Both the position numbers and the translations under genes were made by a program. Positions 1 through 10,302 of a DNA stretch of 64,000 nt are shown here, piece by piece. Every line of letters begins with the position of its first letter. Position 1 is the first letter of the stretch. The stretch is from assembly GCA_963749075.1 (NCBI GenBank), contig CAVVLJ010000017.1, positions 896,001-960,000 on the forward strand, read 5' to 3'. A model generated the notes under the pieces. That model saw only the letters and a list, made by a program, of their open reading frames with translations, was not told the origin of the DNA and did not search any database. Origin of the DNA: an uncultured Pseudomonadota bacterium (GTDB lineage Bacteria > Pseudomonadota > Alphaproteobacteria > JACZXZ01).

Positions 1-1
1 C

Positions 2-1207
2 GTAGCTCTCGCCGAGCTCGGCTGCCACCTCGTTCCGCACGTGGCCGCCTGCCACCAGCGCCGCCAGCGCCTCGCCGGTGCCGCGCACGCGCACGCCCGG
101 CTCGCGTCCGCCCCAGATGAGCTGCTGGGTTTGCGCGAAGAACTCGATCTCGCGGATGCCGCCGCGGCCGAGCTTGAGGTTGTGCCCGGCGATGGCGATC
201 TTGTCGCCGCCGCGGTGCGCGTGGATCTGGCGCTTGATCGAATGGATGTCGCGGATGGCCGCGAAGTCGAGGTGACGGCGCCAGAGGAAGGGCTTGAGGC
301 GGCCGAGGAAGGCCTCGCCCGCGGCGAGATCGCCGGCAATCGCGCGCGCCTTGATGAAGGCGGCGCGCTCCCAGTTCTGCCCGAGGCTCTCGTAGTAGAG
401 CTCGGCCGCCGCCGTCGAGATGGCGACCGGGGTGGCCGCCGGGTCGGGACGCAGGCGCAGGTCGGTGCGGAAGACGTAGCCCTCGGGCGTGCGCTCCTGC
501 ATCATGCGCACGAGGCTGCGCGTGAGGCGTATGAAGTTGCGCGGCAGCGCCTCGCGCTCGGCGCTCGCCACCTTGTCGTCGTCGTAGAGCACGACGAGAT
601 CGATGTCGCTCGAGTAATTGAGCTCGCGGGCGCCGAGCTTGCCGAGCCCGAGCACGAAGAAACCCGATTGGCGCTCCGGCTCGTCCGCGCGGTCGAGCGC
701 AAGCCAGCCGGCCTGAGCGGCCTGCCAGAGGAGCTGGCGCACCGCGAGCCGCAGGCTCGCCTCCGCGAAGTCGCTGAGCGCCGCGGTGACGCGCGCGAGG
801 GGCCACAGCCCCGCGATATCGGCAAGGGCGACGGTGAGGGCGATGCGGCGCTTGGCCACCCTCAGTGCCGCCATCACCTCGTCGCCCGTGCGCTCCCGCG
901 CATCCACCCGGCCGAGCCGATCGAGCACGCGCGCATAGCTCTCGTCGGCGCCGCACTGCAGCAACTCGCTAGTGAAGGCGATGTCGACGAGGACGCATTG
1001 GGTGAGGAAGGGGCTATTGCCGAAAAGTGCCTCGAAAAGGCGGCGCGCCGCCGAGTCGCGCGCCAGCGCCGCCGCCGCCTCGGCCAATGCCGCATCCCCG
1101 CTCGCCGCGGCGCGCTCGGCCCAATGCTCGAGCCCGACCGCAGTGCCATTCGCATCTGCCGCCTTGGGAAGGTCGGGCAAATCCGCTAAGAAGGTGGAAT
1201 GGATCAT
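2..1207 (-). CDS. glnE: Bifunctional glutamine synthetase adenylyltransferase/deadenylase (5' part; runs off window edge)
   Basis: Manual minus-strand translation from ATG 1207 (MIHSTFLADLPDLP...) contains GLGKLGARELNYSSDIDL and YVFRTDLRLRPDP, typical GlnE nucleotidyltransferase motifs. Absent from the ORF track because there is no stop in the window. Confidence 0.93.
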   Translation of the reverse strand, partial: MIHSTFLADLPDLPKAADANGTAVGLEHWAERAAASGDAALAEAAAALARDSAARRLFEALFGNSPFLTQCVLVDIAFTSELLQCGADESYARVLDRLGRVDARERTGDEVMAALRVAKRRIALTVALADIAGLWPLARVTAALSDFAEASLRLAVRQLLWQAAQAGWLALDRADEPERQSGFFVLGLGKLGARELNYSSDIDLVVLYDDDKVASAEREALPRNFIRLTRSLVRMMQERTPEGYVFRTDLRLRPDPAATPVAISTAAAELYYESLGQNWERAAFIKARAIAGDLAAGEAFLGRLKPFLWRRHLDFAAIRDIHSIKRQIHAHRGGDKIAIAGHNLKLGRGGIREIEFFAQTQQLIWGGREPGVRVRGTGEALAALVAGGHVRNEVAAELGESY

Positions 1208-1419
1208 GTCCGCTCGGCCCGCCAATCGGCAAACCTGCGCGAAGGCCGCCTAGCGGTCAAGTCTCGTCGGAAGGTGGCCGTGCTCGAGCTCCCGCAACTC
1301 TCCGCCCTCGGCCACGCGAGGCACCGGCCAGCACCTCGGGATGCGGGGCCGGGTGCTTCCGTTTCGCCGCGGCGGAGCGCGCCCTTGCGTTGCGCTCGAC
1401 GCCGCGAGGCGGCGCTTTA

Positions 1420-4400
1420 GTGGTCAGGCGCTCGGCAAAACTCCTCGTCGAGGTGCTCGGCACGCTGGTGGCCGGCGTCGCGATCCTGGTGGCCGCGGCG
1501 GCGTGGCGCCTCTCGGCGGGGCCGATCTCGCTCGATTTCCTTACCCCCTATGTCGAGGAGGCGCTCTCCGCTCCCGACAGCAATATCAGGCTGCGGCTCG
1601 AGCACACGGTCGTGGCGTGGGGCGGCTGGCGGCGCACGCTCGATCTGGAGGCGCTCGGCGTGCACGTCCTCGATGCCGGCGGCCGGGCCCTCCTCACGCT
1701 CCCGGCAATCTCGGTGCGGCTCAGCGCGCGCGCGCTCCTCGAGGGCGTCGTGGCGCCGACCTCCCTCGACATCCGCGGCGCCCGCCTCTATCTGCACCGC
1801 GACCCGAGCGGGAAGTTCAACCTCGAGCTCGGCGACGAGTTCGCCGAGCGCGGTCAGCCCAGCGTGCTGCCGCTCATGATCAACGACATGCTGCAGCAGC
1901 CCGATCCCCAGCGGCCGATCAGCTTTCTGCGCCGGGTGAGCATCGTCAACGCCGATCTCGTGGTCGACGACAGCCACTGGGAGAACGTCCTGGAAGGCGC
2001 AGCTCGAGCGCCTGGTGCTGGAGCGCGACGTAGCCGGCGTCCACGCGGAGGCGGCGCTCGATCTCAACGTGCAAGGCACCACCACGCATTTCGACATGAG
2101 CGGGCTCTATCGCGCGGCATCGCGGACGCTCGGCCTCGAGGTCGCCTTCGCCGGGCTCAATCCCGCCGTCTTCGCCCAGGCCACACCCCAGCTGGCGCCG
2201 CTCGAGCATCTGGCGCTGCCGTTTGCCGGCAAGGTCTCTGCGGAGATCGGCATCGACGGCGCGCTCGATCTGCTGCACTTCGACGTGACCGCCGGCGAGG
2301 GCCGCCTCGTGCTCCCCGATCTCTACCCCGAGGACCTCGCGGTGAAGAGCCTTGCCGCGAAGGGCACGCTCAGCGAGCACGGCACAGCACTCGCCGTCGA
2401 GGAGGCCAACGTCGACCTCGGCGGCGCCACGTTCACCTTCAGCGGCACCGCGCGCGGCCTCGACGGCAACAGCCAGGTGGCGCTCGAGCTCACGGGCATG
2501 AACGTCAAGGTCGACGATCTGCCGAGCCTGTGGCCGGCGAGCATAGCGCCCAACCCGCGGCGCTGGATCACCGACAACCTCTCGAGCGGCACGGTCGATA
2601 CGCTCTACGTCTCGCTCCTCGCCCACGGCAGCGGCCTCGACCCGCAGACGCTGGAGACCGACCGCATCGACGGCACCATGCGGCTCTCCGGCATCAACGT
2701 GCGCTATCTCGGCAAGATGCCCAAGGTGCGCGGCACCGCCGGCACGGTGCGCTTCGACGAGAAGAGCTTCAACATCAGCATCGACAAGGGCTCGGTGCAG
2801 GGCATCGGCATCGATGCGGGGACCATCGCCATCACCGGGCTCGACCTCCACGACCAATACATCGCCATCGACCTCTCGCTTCACGGTGCGCTGCGCTCGA
2901 TGCTCCAGCTCGTCGACGACGAGCCGCTCCGCTACGCTGCGGCGCTCGGTATCGATCCCAAGAAGGTCTCGGGCGACGCCGCCGTCCGCCTTGCCTTCAA
3001 GTTCGAGCTGATCAACCAGCTGCGCTTCCCGCAAATCGACGTGCACGCCGCCGCGGACATGAAGGACGTGGCGCTGGCGTCGATCTTCCTCGGCCACGAC
3101 ATGAGCCACGGCAATCTCGCGCTCAAGGTCGGCAAGGAGGGCATGGAGATCGGCGGCACGGCAGTGCTCGGCGCCGTGCCCGTGACGCTCTCCTGGAGCG
3201 AGACGTTCGGTCAATCGCCCGAGCGCCGGATGCGCCTTGCCGGCGTGCTCGACGACAGCGCCCGCAAGGCGCTCGGCCTGGATACGGGCGAATTCCTGAG
3301 CGGACCCGTTCCGCTCGAGCTCGAGCTCAGGCGGGCGGCGCGGCGCCCAGCCGACATCGATCTCTCGCTCGACCTTGCCAAGGCAACCTTGGCGTTCCCG
3401 CGCGTCGACTGGCGCAAGCCGCCGGGCATCGCGGGCAAGGCCCACGTCAGGCTCGTCCTCGATGACGACAAGATAAGCGCCGTTCCCGACTTCTCGATCG
3501 AGGCCGGCGATTTGTCGGCGCATGGCGAGGCGCGCTTCGCGGCCGACAGCGGCCGCTTCCAGGCGCTGCGCTTCGATCGCCTGGCACTCGGCCGCGACCG
3601 GCTGAGCGGCGCCGTCACGCGCCGGACGGACGGCGTCTACGCCATCGAGCTCAACGGCGAGGCGCTCGATGCGGCAGCTTTGCTCAACGCGAAGGGCGGC
3701 GGCACGAATGAGCGCGGGCCGGCGCTTGCCGTCAAGCTCGCGGTGAAGAAGCTCTGGCTGAGCCACGCGCCGGCACCGCCGCTCGGCGCCGTCGCCGGCA
3801 CCATCGAGCTGGACGGCTCCCGCGTGGCGCGCGCGGCGCTCGACGCCCGGACGGCGGGCGGCGCGCCGTTCCACCTCGGGATCGTTCCCGCCGCCGGCAA
3901 GCGCAACGTCATCTTGAGCTGCGCAGACGCCGGAGAGCTGCTCAAGGCCGTCGACTTCGCCGACAACGTGGTGGGCGGCAAGCTCGCGCTCAGCGGGACC
4001 GCCGACGACACCAAGGCCGAGAGCCCGCTTGCCGGCACGGTGCGCGTCGCCGACTTCAAGGTGCTGCAGGCTCCCACTCTCGCCAAGCTGCTCACGCTGG
4101 CCTCGCTCACCGGCATCGGCGACAGGCTCGCGGGCAAGGGCATCCACTTCAACTCCCTCCTGGCGTCCTTCGCCAAGACGGGCGACCGCATCGAGTTCCG
4201 CGACGGCCGCACCGCCGGCTCCGAGCTCGGCGTCACCTTTGGCGGCTGGCTCGATCTCGGCAGCGACAAGCTCGCCATCGACGGCACGATCGTGCCCGTC
4301 TATTCGCTCAACAGCATCCTGGGGAACATCCCCGGCCTGAATGACATTCTGGTCGGCCCCAAGGGCGGCGGCGTCTTTGCCGCGACCTACCGGGCGTCGG

Positions 4401-4549
4401 GCAATCTCAGCGATCCCGACGTGACGGTGAACGCGCTCTCGGTCCTTGCACCGGGGATCCTGCGCGGGATCATCGATCTGATCTTCCCGGGCGGCTCCAC
4501 GGTTCCCCCGACCGAACCCTACGAGAACCCCTTCCGCGGCAGCCAGTAG
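1420..4549 (+). CDS. YhdP/AsmA-like (DUF3971/AsmA_2) envelope protein, split by a +1 frameshift at 1982-1990
   Basis: N-part (VVRRSAKLLVEVLG..RLSAGPISLDFLTPY) is in the frame of ORF 1027; C-part (ORF 2015-4549, GTIVPVYSLNSILGNIP..GGVFAATY) is in the next frame. Removing one A from AGAACGTCC joins them (HWETSWKAQLERLVLERD). Confidence 0.85.
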
Positions 4550-4655
4550 GCGGCGGAGCGGAGGGCGCTGTTCGCTTGTGGGCGTGCCGCCTTGCTTATA
4601 GGGTCGCCGAGAGCACCAGGCGCACGGGCAATCCGATCAGGGAGAAAGCCGGCCC

Positions 4656-5411
4656 ATGGACGAAGCCGCCATCCGCAAGGCAGCCGGTCTTCTCGTCGAG
4701 GCGCGGCGAACGGGAGTGCCGCTCGGCCAGCTTCCCGAGGGTTGCCATCCCGCGAGCGTCGCCGAGGCGCATGCCATCCAGGACGCGGCGGTGGCGCTCT
4801 TGGGCGAGCCCGTCGCCGGATGGAAGGTGGCGCTCGCGGGCGACGGCTCGGTGATGCGCGGGGTCATCCTGCAATCCCGGGTCTGGGAGAGCCCGGCGCG
4901 CGTGCCGGCGGCACTCGTGCCGCTGCTCGGGGTGGAGGCGGAGATCGCCTTCCGCTTCGAGCGCGACCTGCCGCCGCGGCCGGAGGCCTATGCGCGGGAG
5001 GCGGTGGAGGCGGCGGTGACCGCGATCGTGGCGATCGAGATCGTGGCCTCGCGCTTCCAAAGCTACCGCGACACGCCGCTCCTCGACCGCGCGGCGGATT
5101 TCGTCTCGAACGGCGGCTTCGTCCGCGGCACGCTGCAGCCACGCTGGCGCGAGCACGAGCTTTCCTCCCTCGAGGTGACGCTCGCCATCGACGGCGAGAC
5201 CATCGTGAGCCGGCAGGGCGGCCACCCCGCGGTCGATCCGCTCCTCCCCGCGATCGCCCTCGTCAACGAGCTGAGGCGCGGGCCGGGCGTGCGGAGCGGC
5301 CAGCTCGTGACGACCGGCACCTATAGCGGCCTCAACTTCGCGAAACCCGGGCAGAGCGTCGCGGCGAGCTTCGCCGACTTCGGCACGGCGGAAGTCCGCT
5401 TCGACGCGTGA
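4656..5411 (+). CDS. Fumarylacetoacetate hydrolase family protein (2-keto-4-pentenoate hydratase-like)
   Basis: GWKVA, GVEAEIAF, AIEIVASR, ADFVSNG and VTTGT motifs; GGGAG RBS-like sequence upstream. Confidence 0.85.
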   Translation: MDEAAIRKAAGLLVEARRTGVPLGQLPEGCHPASVAEAHAIQDAAVALLGEPVAGWKVALAGDGSVMRGVILQSRVWESPARVPAALVPLLGVEAEIAFRFERDLPPRPEAYAREAVEAAVTAIVAIEIVASRFQSYRDTPLLDRAADFVSNGGFVRGTLQPRWREHELSSLEVTLAIDGETIVSRQGGHPAVDPLLPAIALVNELRRGPGVRSGQLVTTGTYSGLNFAKPGQSVAASFADFGTAEVRFDA

Positions 5412-5435
5412 GTGCCGCGTCCCGTCCGCCGGCGG

Positions 5436-5573
5436 CTAATCGGCGAAGCCCAAGAGCCCTGGCAGCGCGAGCGTGAACCAGGGGACGAAGGCCACCACCA
5501 GCAGGTCGAGCAGCAGCACCAGCACATAGGGGATCATGATGCGCGAGGCGCGCTCCATCGGCGCGCGCGCCGC
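5436..5573 (-). pseudogene. Orphan C-terminal fragment of a TRAP large permease (DctM)
   Basis: ARAPMERASRIMIPYVLVLLLDLLVVAFVPWFTLALPGLLGFAD* resembles the last TM helix of DctM; no upstream remainder of the gene is present. Confidence 0.65.
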
Positions 5574-5680
5574 CGCACCGCGGCGGCAAGGGCGCCCGCG
5601 AGCATGTACGGCCCTCCTGACGGCCACATTCGGACTGAGGACAGGACATGCTTGACCGCGGCCCGAAGCGTCACCTGGAA

Positions 5681-5717
5681 TTCTCCATTAGTGAATTGTC
5701 GTTCTGGTATACTGAAC
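5681..5717 (+). promoter_or_regulatory. Two tandem IclR-type operators overlapping an extended -10 promoter
   Basis: TTCTCCATTAGTGAA (5681-5695) and TTCTGGTATACTGAA (5702-5716) are both TTC-N9-GAA and 21 bp apart; TGnTATACT at 5705-5713; ATG at 5719 with no SD. Confidence 0.6.
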
Positions 5718-5718
5718 C

Positions 5719-6490
5719 ATGTATTCCAGCCTCGCCCGCGGAATTGCGGCGCTCGAGATCCTGGCGCAGGGAGGCGGGCCGCTCGGCCTCGCTGAAATCG
5801 CTCGGCGGCTTCAGAACGTCCAAATCGGGCATGCATGGGTTGCTGGCCGCTCTTGTCCGCTGCGGCTGCGTCAATCGGACTTCGGGCGGTTTCTATTCTC
5901 TCGGTCTCAAGGCCTGGGAGATCGGGCGAACGGTGCCGACCGCGCGCCTCGTGCAGGCCGCCGCTCCCGTCATGGAACGGCTCGCCGCGCAAGTGAATGA
6001 CGGCGTGATCCTCGGTGTCTTGAACGGCTTCGACGTTGTGTACGTGCATCTGGTCGGAAGCCCGCAGGCGGTCCGCATCCATGCGGAAGTGGGACAACGG
6101 ATACCGGCGCACTGCACGTCGACGGGTCTGGCCCTGCTCGCCTTTCGCGAGCCGGGCTACCTCGAGCGGGTCCTGCCCAAGCGCCTGCCGGCGCCGACGG
6201 AGGAGACCATCAGCGAGCCGGACCAGTTGCGTCGGGAGCTCGAGCGCGTCCGCGCGCGCGGCTATGCGCTCAACCGCGGCGGCTGGCGTTCGGACGTTGG
6301 CGGCATCGCGGTGCCGATCAAGGCAAATCCGGCATTCGGGTCGGCCGGCCTGTGCATTGCCGTGCCGCGCTATCGCATGACGCGGCAATGGATCAAGGCC
6401 GCTGCCGCCGACTTGGCCGATGCAGCTGCCGCGATCGCCGCGGCCTTGGCGCTTCCGCCGGGCCCGCTCGGGCTGGCAGCCGCCTCATGA
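5719..6490 (+). CDS. IclR family transcriptional regulator, split by a +1 frameshift at 5813-5821
   Basis: HTH start MYSSLARGIAALEILAQGGGPLGLAEIARRLQ (ORF 5719) continues as TSKSGMHGLLAAL...PAHCTSTGLALLA...VRARGYA in the frame of ORF 5648. Confidence 0.88.
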
Positions 6491-8547
6491 GTGCGCCGAA
6501 TGGCGGCTGGCGCATCGGCGTCGATGTCGGCGGAACCTTCACCGACCTCGTCTTGGCCGGACCCGGACAGGGATTTCGCGTCTTCAAAGTGCCGTCGGTT
6601 CCGGCAGATCCGAGCCAGGGCGTGCTGAGCGCGCTTGACAGGGCCGCCGAGGCCGAAGAGCTGCCGATCCGCGAGCTCCTCGGCCGCTGCACGCTGTTCG
6701 TCCATGGTTCGACGATCGCCACCAATACGGTGCTCGAAGGCAAGGGGGCGCGCGTCGGCATGCTCGCGACGGCTGGATTTCGCGACGCCGTGGAAATTCG
6801 CCGCGGCGCGCGCGACGATCCGTGGGACCATCGGACTCCCTACCCGCCGGTCCTCGTGCCGCGCTATCTGCGGCTTCCGATCCGGGGGCGGATCGACGGC
6901 AAGGGGCGCGAAGTGGAGCCGCTGGCCGCGGATGAAATTCCAGCGGCGCTCGAGGTCTTTCGCAACGAGAGCGTCGAAGCGGTGGCCATTTGCCTTTTCA
7001 ACAGCTTCGCCAATCCCGCCCATGAGCGCGAAGCCGCCAAGAGACTCGAAGGCTTTGCCAACGGGTTCGTATCGCTCTCGAGCGAGATCTCGCCGATCAT
7101 GGGAGAATACGAACGCTCGTCGACCGCCGTTCTGAATGCCTATGTCGCTCCCCGCACCCTCTCCTACCTTCGCTCCCTCAACGGGCGGCTCGGCGAATTG
7201 GGGCTCGGCTCGCCGCTCTTGCTCATTCAAAGCAACGGCGGCGTCGTCTCCGTGGCGGAGCTCGGCGATCGGCCGGTCACCCTGCTTCTGTCGGGGCCGG
7301 CTGCGGGTCGCGGCGCCCTGCAATATTACAGCGGGGCGATCGGCTCCACGGACCTCGTGTCGATGGAGATCGGCGGCACCAGCTGCGACGTCATCCTGAT
7401 GAGCCAAGGCGAGGTCGCCTTCACGGACATGCTCGATATCGGCGGCTACAAGTGCGCGAGTCCTGCGATCGAGGTCCATACGATCGGCGCGGGAGGCGGC
7501 ACCATCGCGCGCGTGGATGCGGCGGGTCTGCTTCAGGTCGGCCCGAAAGGTGCGGGTGCCTACCCGGGCCCGGCCTGTTACGGCCTCGGCGGCAGCGATC
7601 CCACCATCACCGACGCTCAAGTCGTGCTTGGGCGACTGAAGTCGGGCTCGTACGCCGGCGGTGCGATGACGATCGACGGCGGATTGGCGGCCAAAGCGAT
7701 CGAAGAAGCGATTGCAGCTCCGCTCGGGCTGTCGCTCGAACGGGCGGCGGCCGGCATGATCCAGCTCATGGAGCAGAAGCTGCTTCACGCCGTCCAGCGC
7801 GTCAGCACGGAGCGCGGCCACGACCCGCGCCGACTGACCCTGGTCGCAGCAGGGGGTGCGGGCCCTCTGCATGCCGCGGCCGTATCCCGCGCGCTCGGCT
7901 GCTCGCGGGCCTACGTTCCGCGCCTGTCCGGGGCGTTTTGCGCGCTCGGCATGCTGCACGCGGACGTGCGCCACGACTACCTTCGCATGTTCATCGAGAA
8001 GCTCCACGGCGCGGACGCGGACGCGGTCGAGACGATATTTCGCGAGCTCGAGGAGCAGGCGACCGCGGCACTGGCGCGCGAGGGATTCGCCCAAGTCGAC
8101 ATGCGCCTCGCCCGCGCGCTCGACCTCCGTTACATAGCCCAGCAATGGGATATTACGGTCCCCTTGGGCACGGCCTTCGACCCGGCCGTCGTTCGCCGCG
8201 ATTTCGAGCTGGAGCATGACCGCTTGTTCGGTCATACCCAGCCCGGCGGAGCGATCGAAATCACGAAGCTCCGGATGAGCGGCTTCGGGCGGATTCCCCG
8301 TCTCCAGCAAGTCGAGGCCCCGCGCGCCACGGCGGACCCCCAACCGACCGAGCATCGCCGCGTCTGGATCGACGGCCGGACCGACTGGTGCGAGACGCCG
8401 GTCTACGACGGCACGCGGCTCCAAGCCGGAAACGTCATCGCCGGCCCCGCCGTGATCGACGAGACGACGACGACGCTGCTGCTGGGCAAAGGCGACCGGC
8501 TCACGGTCGATGCAAGCGGCAATTACAGCATCGAGATTTCGAGGTAG
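6487..8547 (+). CDS. Hydantoinase/oxoprolinase subunit A (ATP-binding)
   Basis: IGVDVGGTFTD, HGSTIATN, LSGPAAG, EIGGTSCDV, TIGAGGG and GPACYG motifs; ATGA overlap with iclR. Confidence 0.93.
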   Translation: MSAPNGGWRIGVDVGGTFTDLVLAGPGQGFRVFKVPSVPADPSQGVLSALDRAAEAEELPIRELLGRCTLFVHGSTIATNTVLEGKGARVGMLATAGFRDAVEIRRGARDDPWDHRTPYPPVLVPRYLRLPIRGRIDGKGREVEPLAADEIPAALEVFRNESVEAVAICLFNSFANPAHEREAAKRLEGFANGFVSLSSEISPIMGEYERSSTAVLNAYVAPRTLSYLRSLNGRLGELGLGSPLLLIQSNGGVVSVAELGDRPVTLLLSGPAAGRGALQYYSGAIGSTDLVSMEIGGTSCDVILMSQGEVAFTDMLDIGGYKCASPAIEVHTIGAGGGTIARVDAAGLLQVGPKGAGAYPGPACYGLGGSDPTITDAQVVLGRLKSGSYAGGAMTIDGGLAAKAIEEAIAAPLGLSLERAAAGMIQLMEQKLLHAVQRVSTERGHDPRRLTLVAAGGAGPLHAAAVSRALGCSRAYVPRLSGAFCALGMLHADVRHDYLRMFIEKLHGADADAVETIFRELEEQATAALAREGFAQVDMRLARALDLRYIAQQWDITVPLGTAFDPAVVRRDFELEHDRLFGHTQPGGAIEITKLRMSGFGRIPRLQQVEAPRATADPQPTEHRRVWIDGRTDWCETPVYDGTRLQAGNVIAGPAVIDETTTTLLLGKGDRLTVDASGNYSIEISR

Positions 8548-10295
8548 TGCCGGTGCCCCACGCCGACCCCATCACGCTTGCGCTCGTGCAGAATCGGCTG
8601 GACCAGATCGCCAAACAGATGGGCTGGGTCATGGTGCGCACGTCGCGCAGCCCGATCTTCAATCAGTCGCACGATTTTTCCTGCTTCATCACCGATGCCA
8701 AAGGCACGATCGTCTCGCAGGCCGACGGCATTCCGATCCATACGGGCGGCGGCGGATTTGCCGTGCGGGCACTGATCGCGGCTTTCGCAGGCGGCATCGC
8801 CGAGGGCGACGCGTTCTTGCTCAACGATCCCTACGTGGCCGGCGGCAACCATCTCCCCGACTGGGTCGTGGCGCGCCCGGTCTTTGCCGAGGGAATGCTC
8901 CTCGCCTTTGCTTGCAACCGGGCGCATCAGTCCGACATCGGCGGGGGTGCCGCGGGAACCTACAATCCGCAGGCGACCGAGATATTCCACGAGGGCATCC
9001 GGTTGCCGCCGCTGAAGCTGATCGAGGAGGGCCGCGCGCGCGACGACCTCTGGCAGCTCCTGATGATCAATTCGCGCTGTCCGGATTTGCTGGACGGCGA
9101 TCTCCGCGCGATGCTCGGCGCCACGCGGGTCGGCGTCGAAGAGATCAGGCGCATCGCGGGCGATTTCGGCCCGCTCGAGACGGCCGCCCTTTTCGGCGAA
9201 ATCCTCGATCATGCCGATAGGCGCCTGCGATCCGCCATCTCGGAGCTTCCCGACGGGACCTACCGTGCCGAGGAACGCTTCGACAACGACTGCTTCGTCA
9301 ACGTGAAGGTCGCCTTGCGCATGACGCTCACGAAGACCGCGGACCGCATGGTCGTCGATTTCACCGGCACGGACCCCCAGATCCGCGGCTTCAAGAATTC
9401 CTCGCTCGCCAACACCTATTCGGCCGTCTATGCCGGCATCGCCTCGTTCTTCGACAGCGACCTCCCGCGCAACGAGGGCACGTTCCGGAGCGTATCGATC
9501 ATCGCGCCGCGCGGAACGGTCGTGAATGCGATGGCTCCAGCGGCGCTCACCATGTGCACGGTCTTCCCGGCTCACGAGATCATGCATATGGTCTGGTGGG
9601 CGTTGGGTCAGGCCGATCCGAAACGCGCCATCGCCGGATGGGGGAAAAACGTCTTTCCGGTCACCTCCGGCCGCGACGCCGATAGCATGACCTGGGTCAT
9701 GTACAATTGGGGCGGCAACTCCGGGGCCGGCGCGGTCGAAGGGCGCGACGGCTTCAATCAGATGGGGCCCATGGTCACGCTCGGCGGCCTCGTCATTCCC
9801 AATGCCGAAACCTACGAGCAGCTCTACCCCATCACGGTGCGCCGCCACGAGCTGCGCACGGACGGCGGCGGGCCGGGCCGCTATCGCGGCGGCACCGGAG
9901 TGGCCTACGAGGTCGACGTGCATTGCCCGGCCGAATACTCCTTCCGCGGCGAGGGCGTCACGCGGCCAACTGGGCTCGGCGTGGAGGGCGGGCGAGCGGG
10001 CTCCGCCGGCGAGGTGCGGATCACCCAAGCGGACGGCGCATCGCGCACCCCCGATCCCTATTGTCTCTGGGCGCTCCCACCGGTGCGGCTGTCGATCCTG
10101 TCCTCGGGCGGCGGCGGCTTCGGGGATCCCCTCGCCCGGCCGGTCGATCTGGTGGTGCGCGACGTGCGCGATGGACTGGTGAGCTGGGAAGCAGCCGAGA
10201 CGGAGTACGGGGTCGTGCTGTCGGCCGACGGCCGGTCAGCGGACGGCGCCGCCACCCGACAACTAAGGCAGACGAGGTGCGCAAACCTCAATTGA
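8547..10295 (+). CDS. Hydantoinase B/oxoprolinase subunit B
   Basis: DFSC, NDPYVAGGNHLPD, HQSDIGG, EIFHEGIRLPP and GGGGFGDP motifs. Confidence 0.93.
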   Translation: MPVPHADPITLALVQNRLDQIAKQMGWVMVRTSRSPIFNQSHDFSCFITDAKGTIVSQADGIPIHTGGGGFAVRALIAAFAGGIAEGDAFLLNDPYVAGGNHLPDWVVARPVFAEGMLLAFACNRAHQSDIGGGAAGTYNPQATEIFHEGIRLPPLKLIEEGRARDDLWQLLMINSRCPDLLDGDLRAMLGATRVGVEEIRRIAGDFGPLETAALFGEILDHADRRLRSAISELPDGTYRAEERFDNDCFVNVKVALRMTLTKTADRMVVDFTGTDPQIRGFKNSSLANTYSAVYAGIASFFDSDLPRNEGTFRSVSIIAPRGTVVNAMAPAALTMCTVFPAHEIMHMVWWALGQADPKRAIAGWGKNVFPVTSGRDADSMTWVMYNWGGNSGAGAVEGRDGFNQMGPMVTLGGLVIPNAETYEQLYPITVRRHELRTDGGGPGRYRGGTGVAYEVDVHCPAEYSFRGEGVTRPTGLGVEGGRAGSAGEVRITQADGASRTPDPYCLWALPPVRLSILSSGGGGFGDPLARPVDLVVRDVRDGLVSWEAAETEYGVVLSADGRSADGAATRQLRQTRCANLN

Positions 10296-10302
10296 CAGGG
10301 AG

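Noticed and set aside
1982-5821. Programmed +1 ribosomal frameshifting in yhdP-like and iclR genes
   Set aside because: The same motif is antisense in dctM2 and has no slippery-site character; a DNA-level or sequencing cause fits better.
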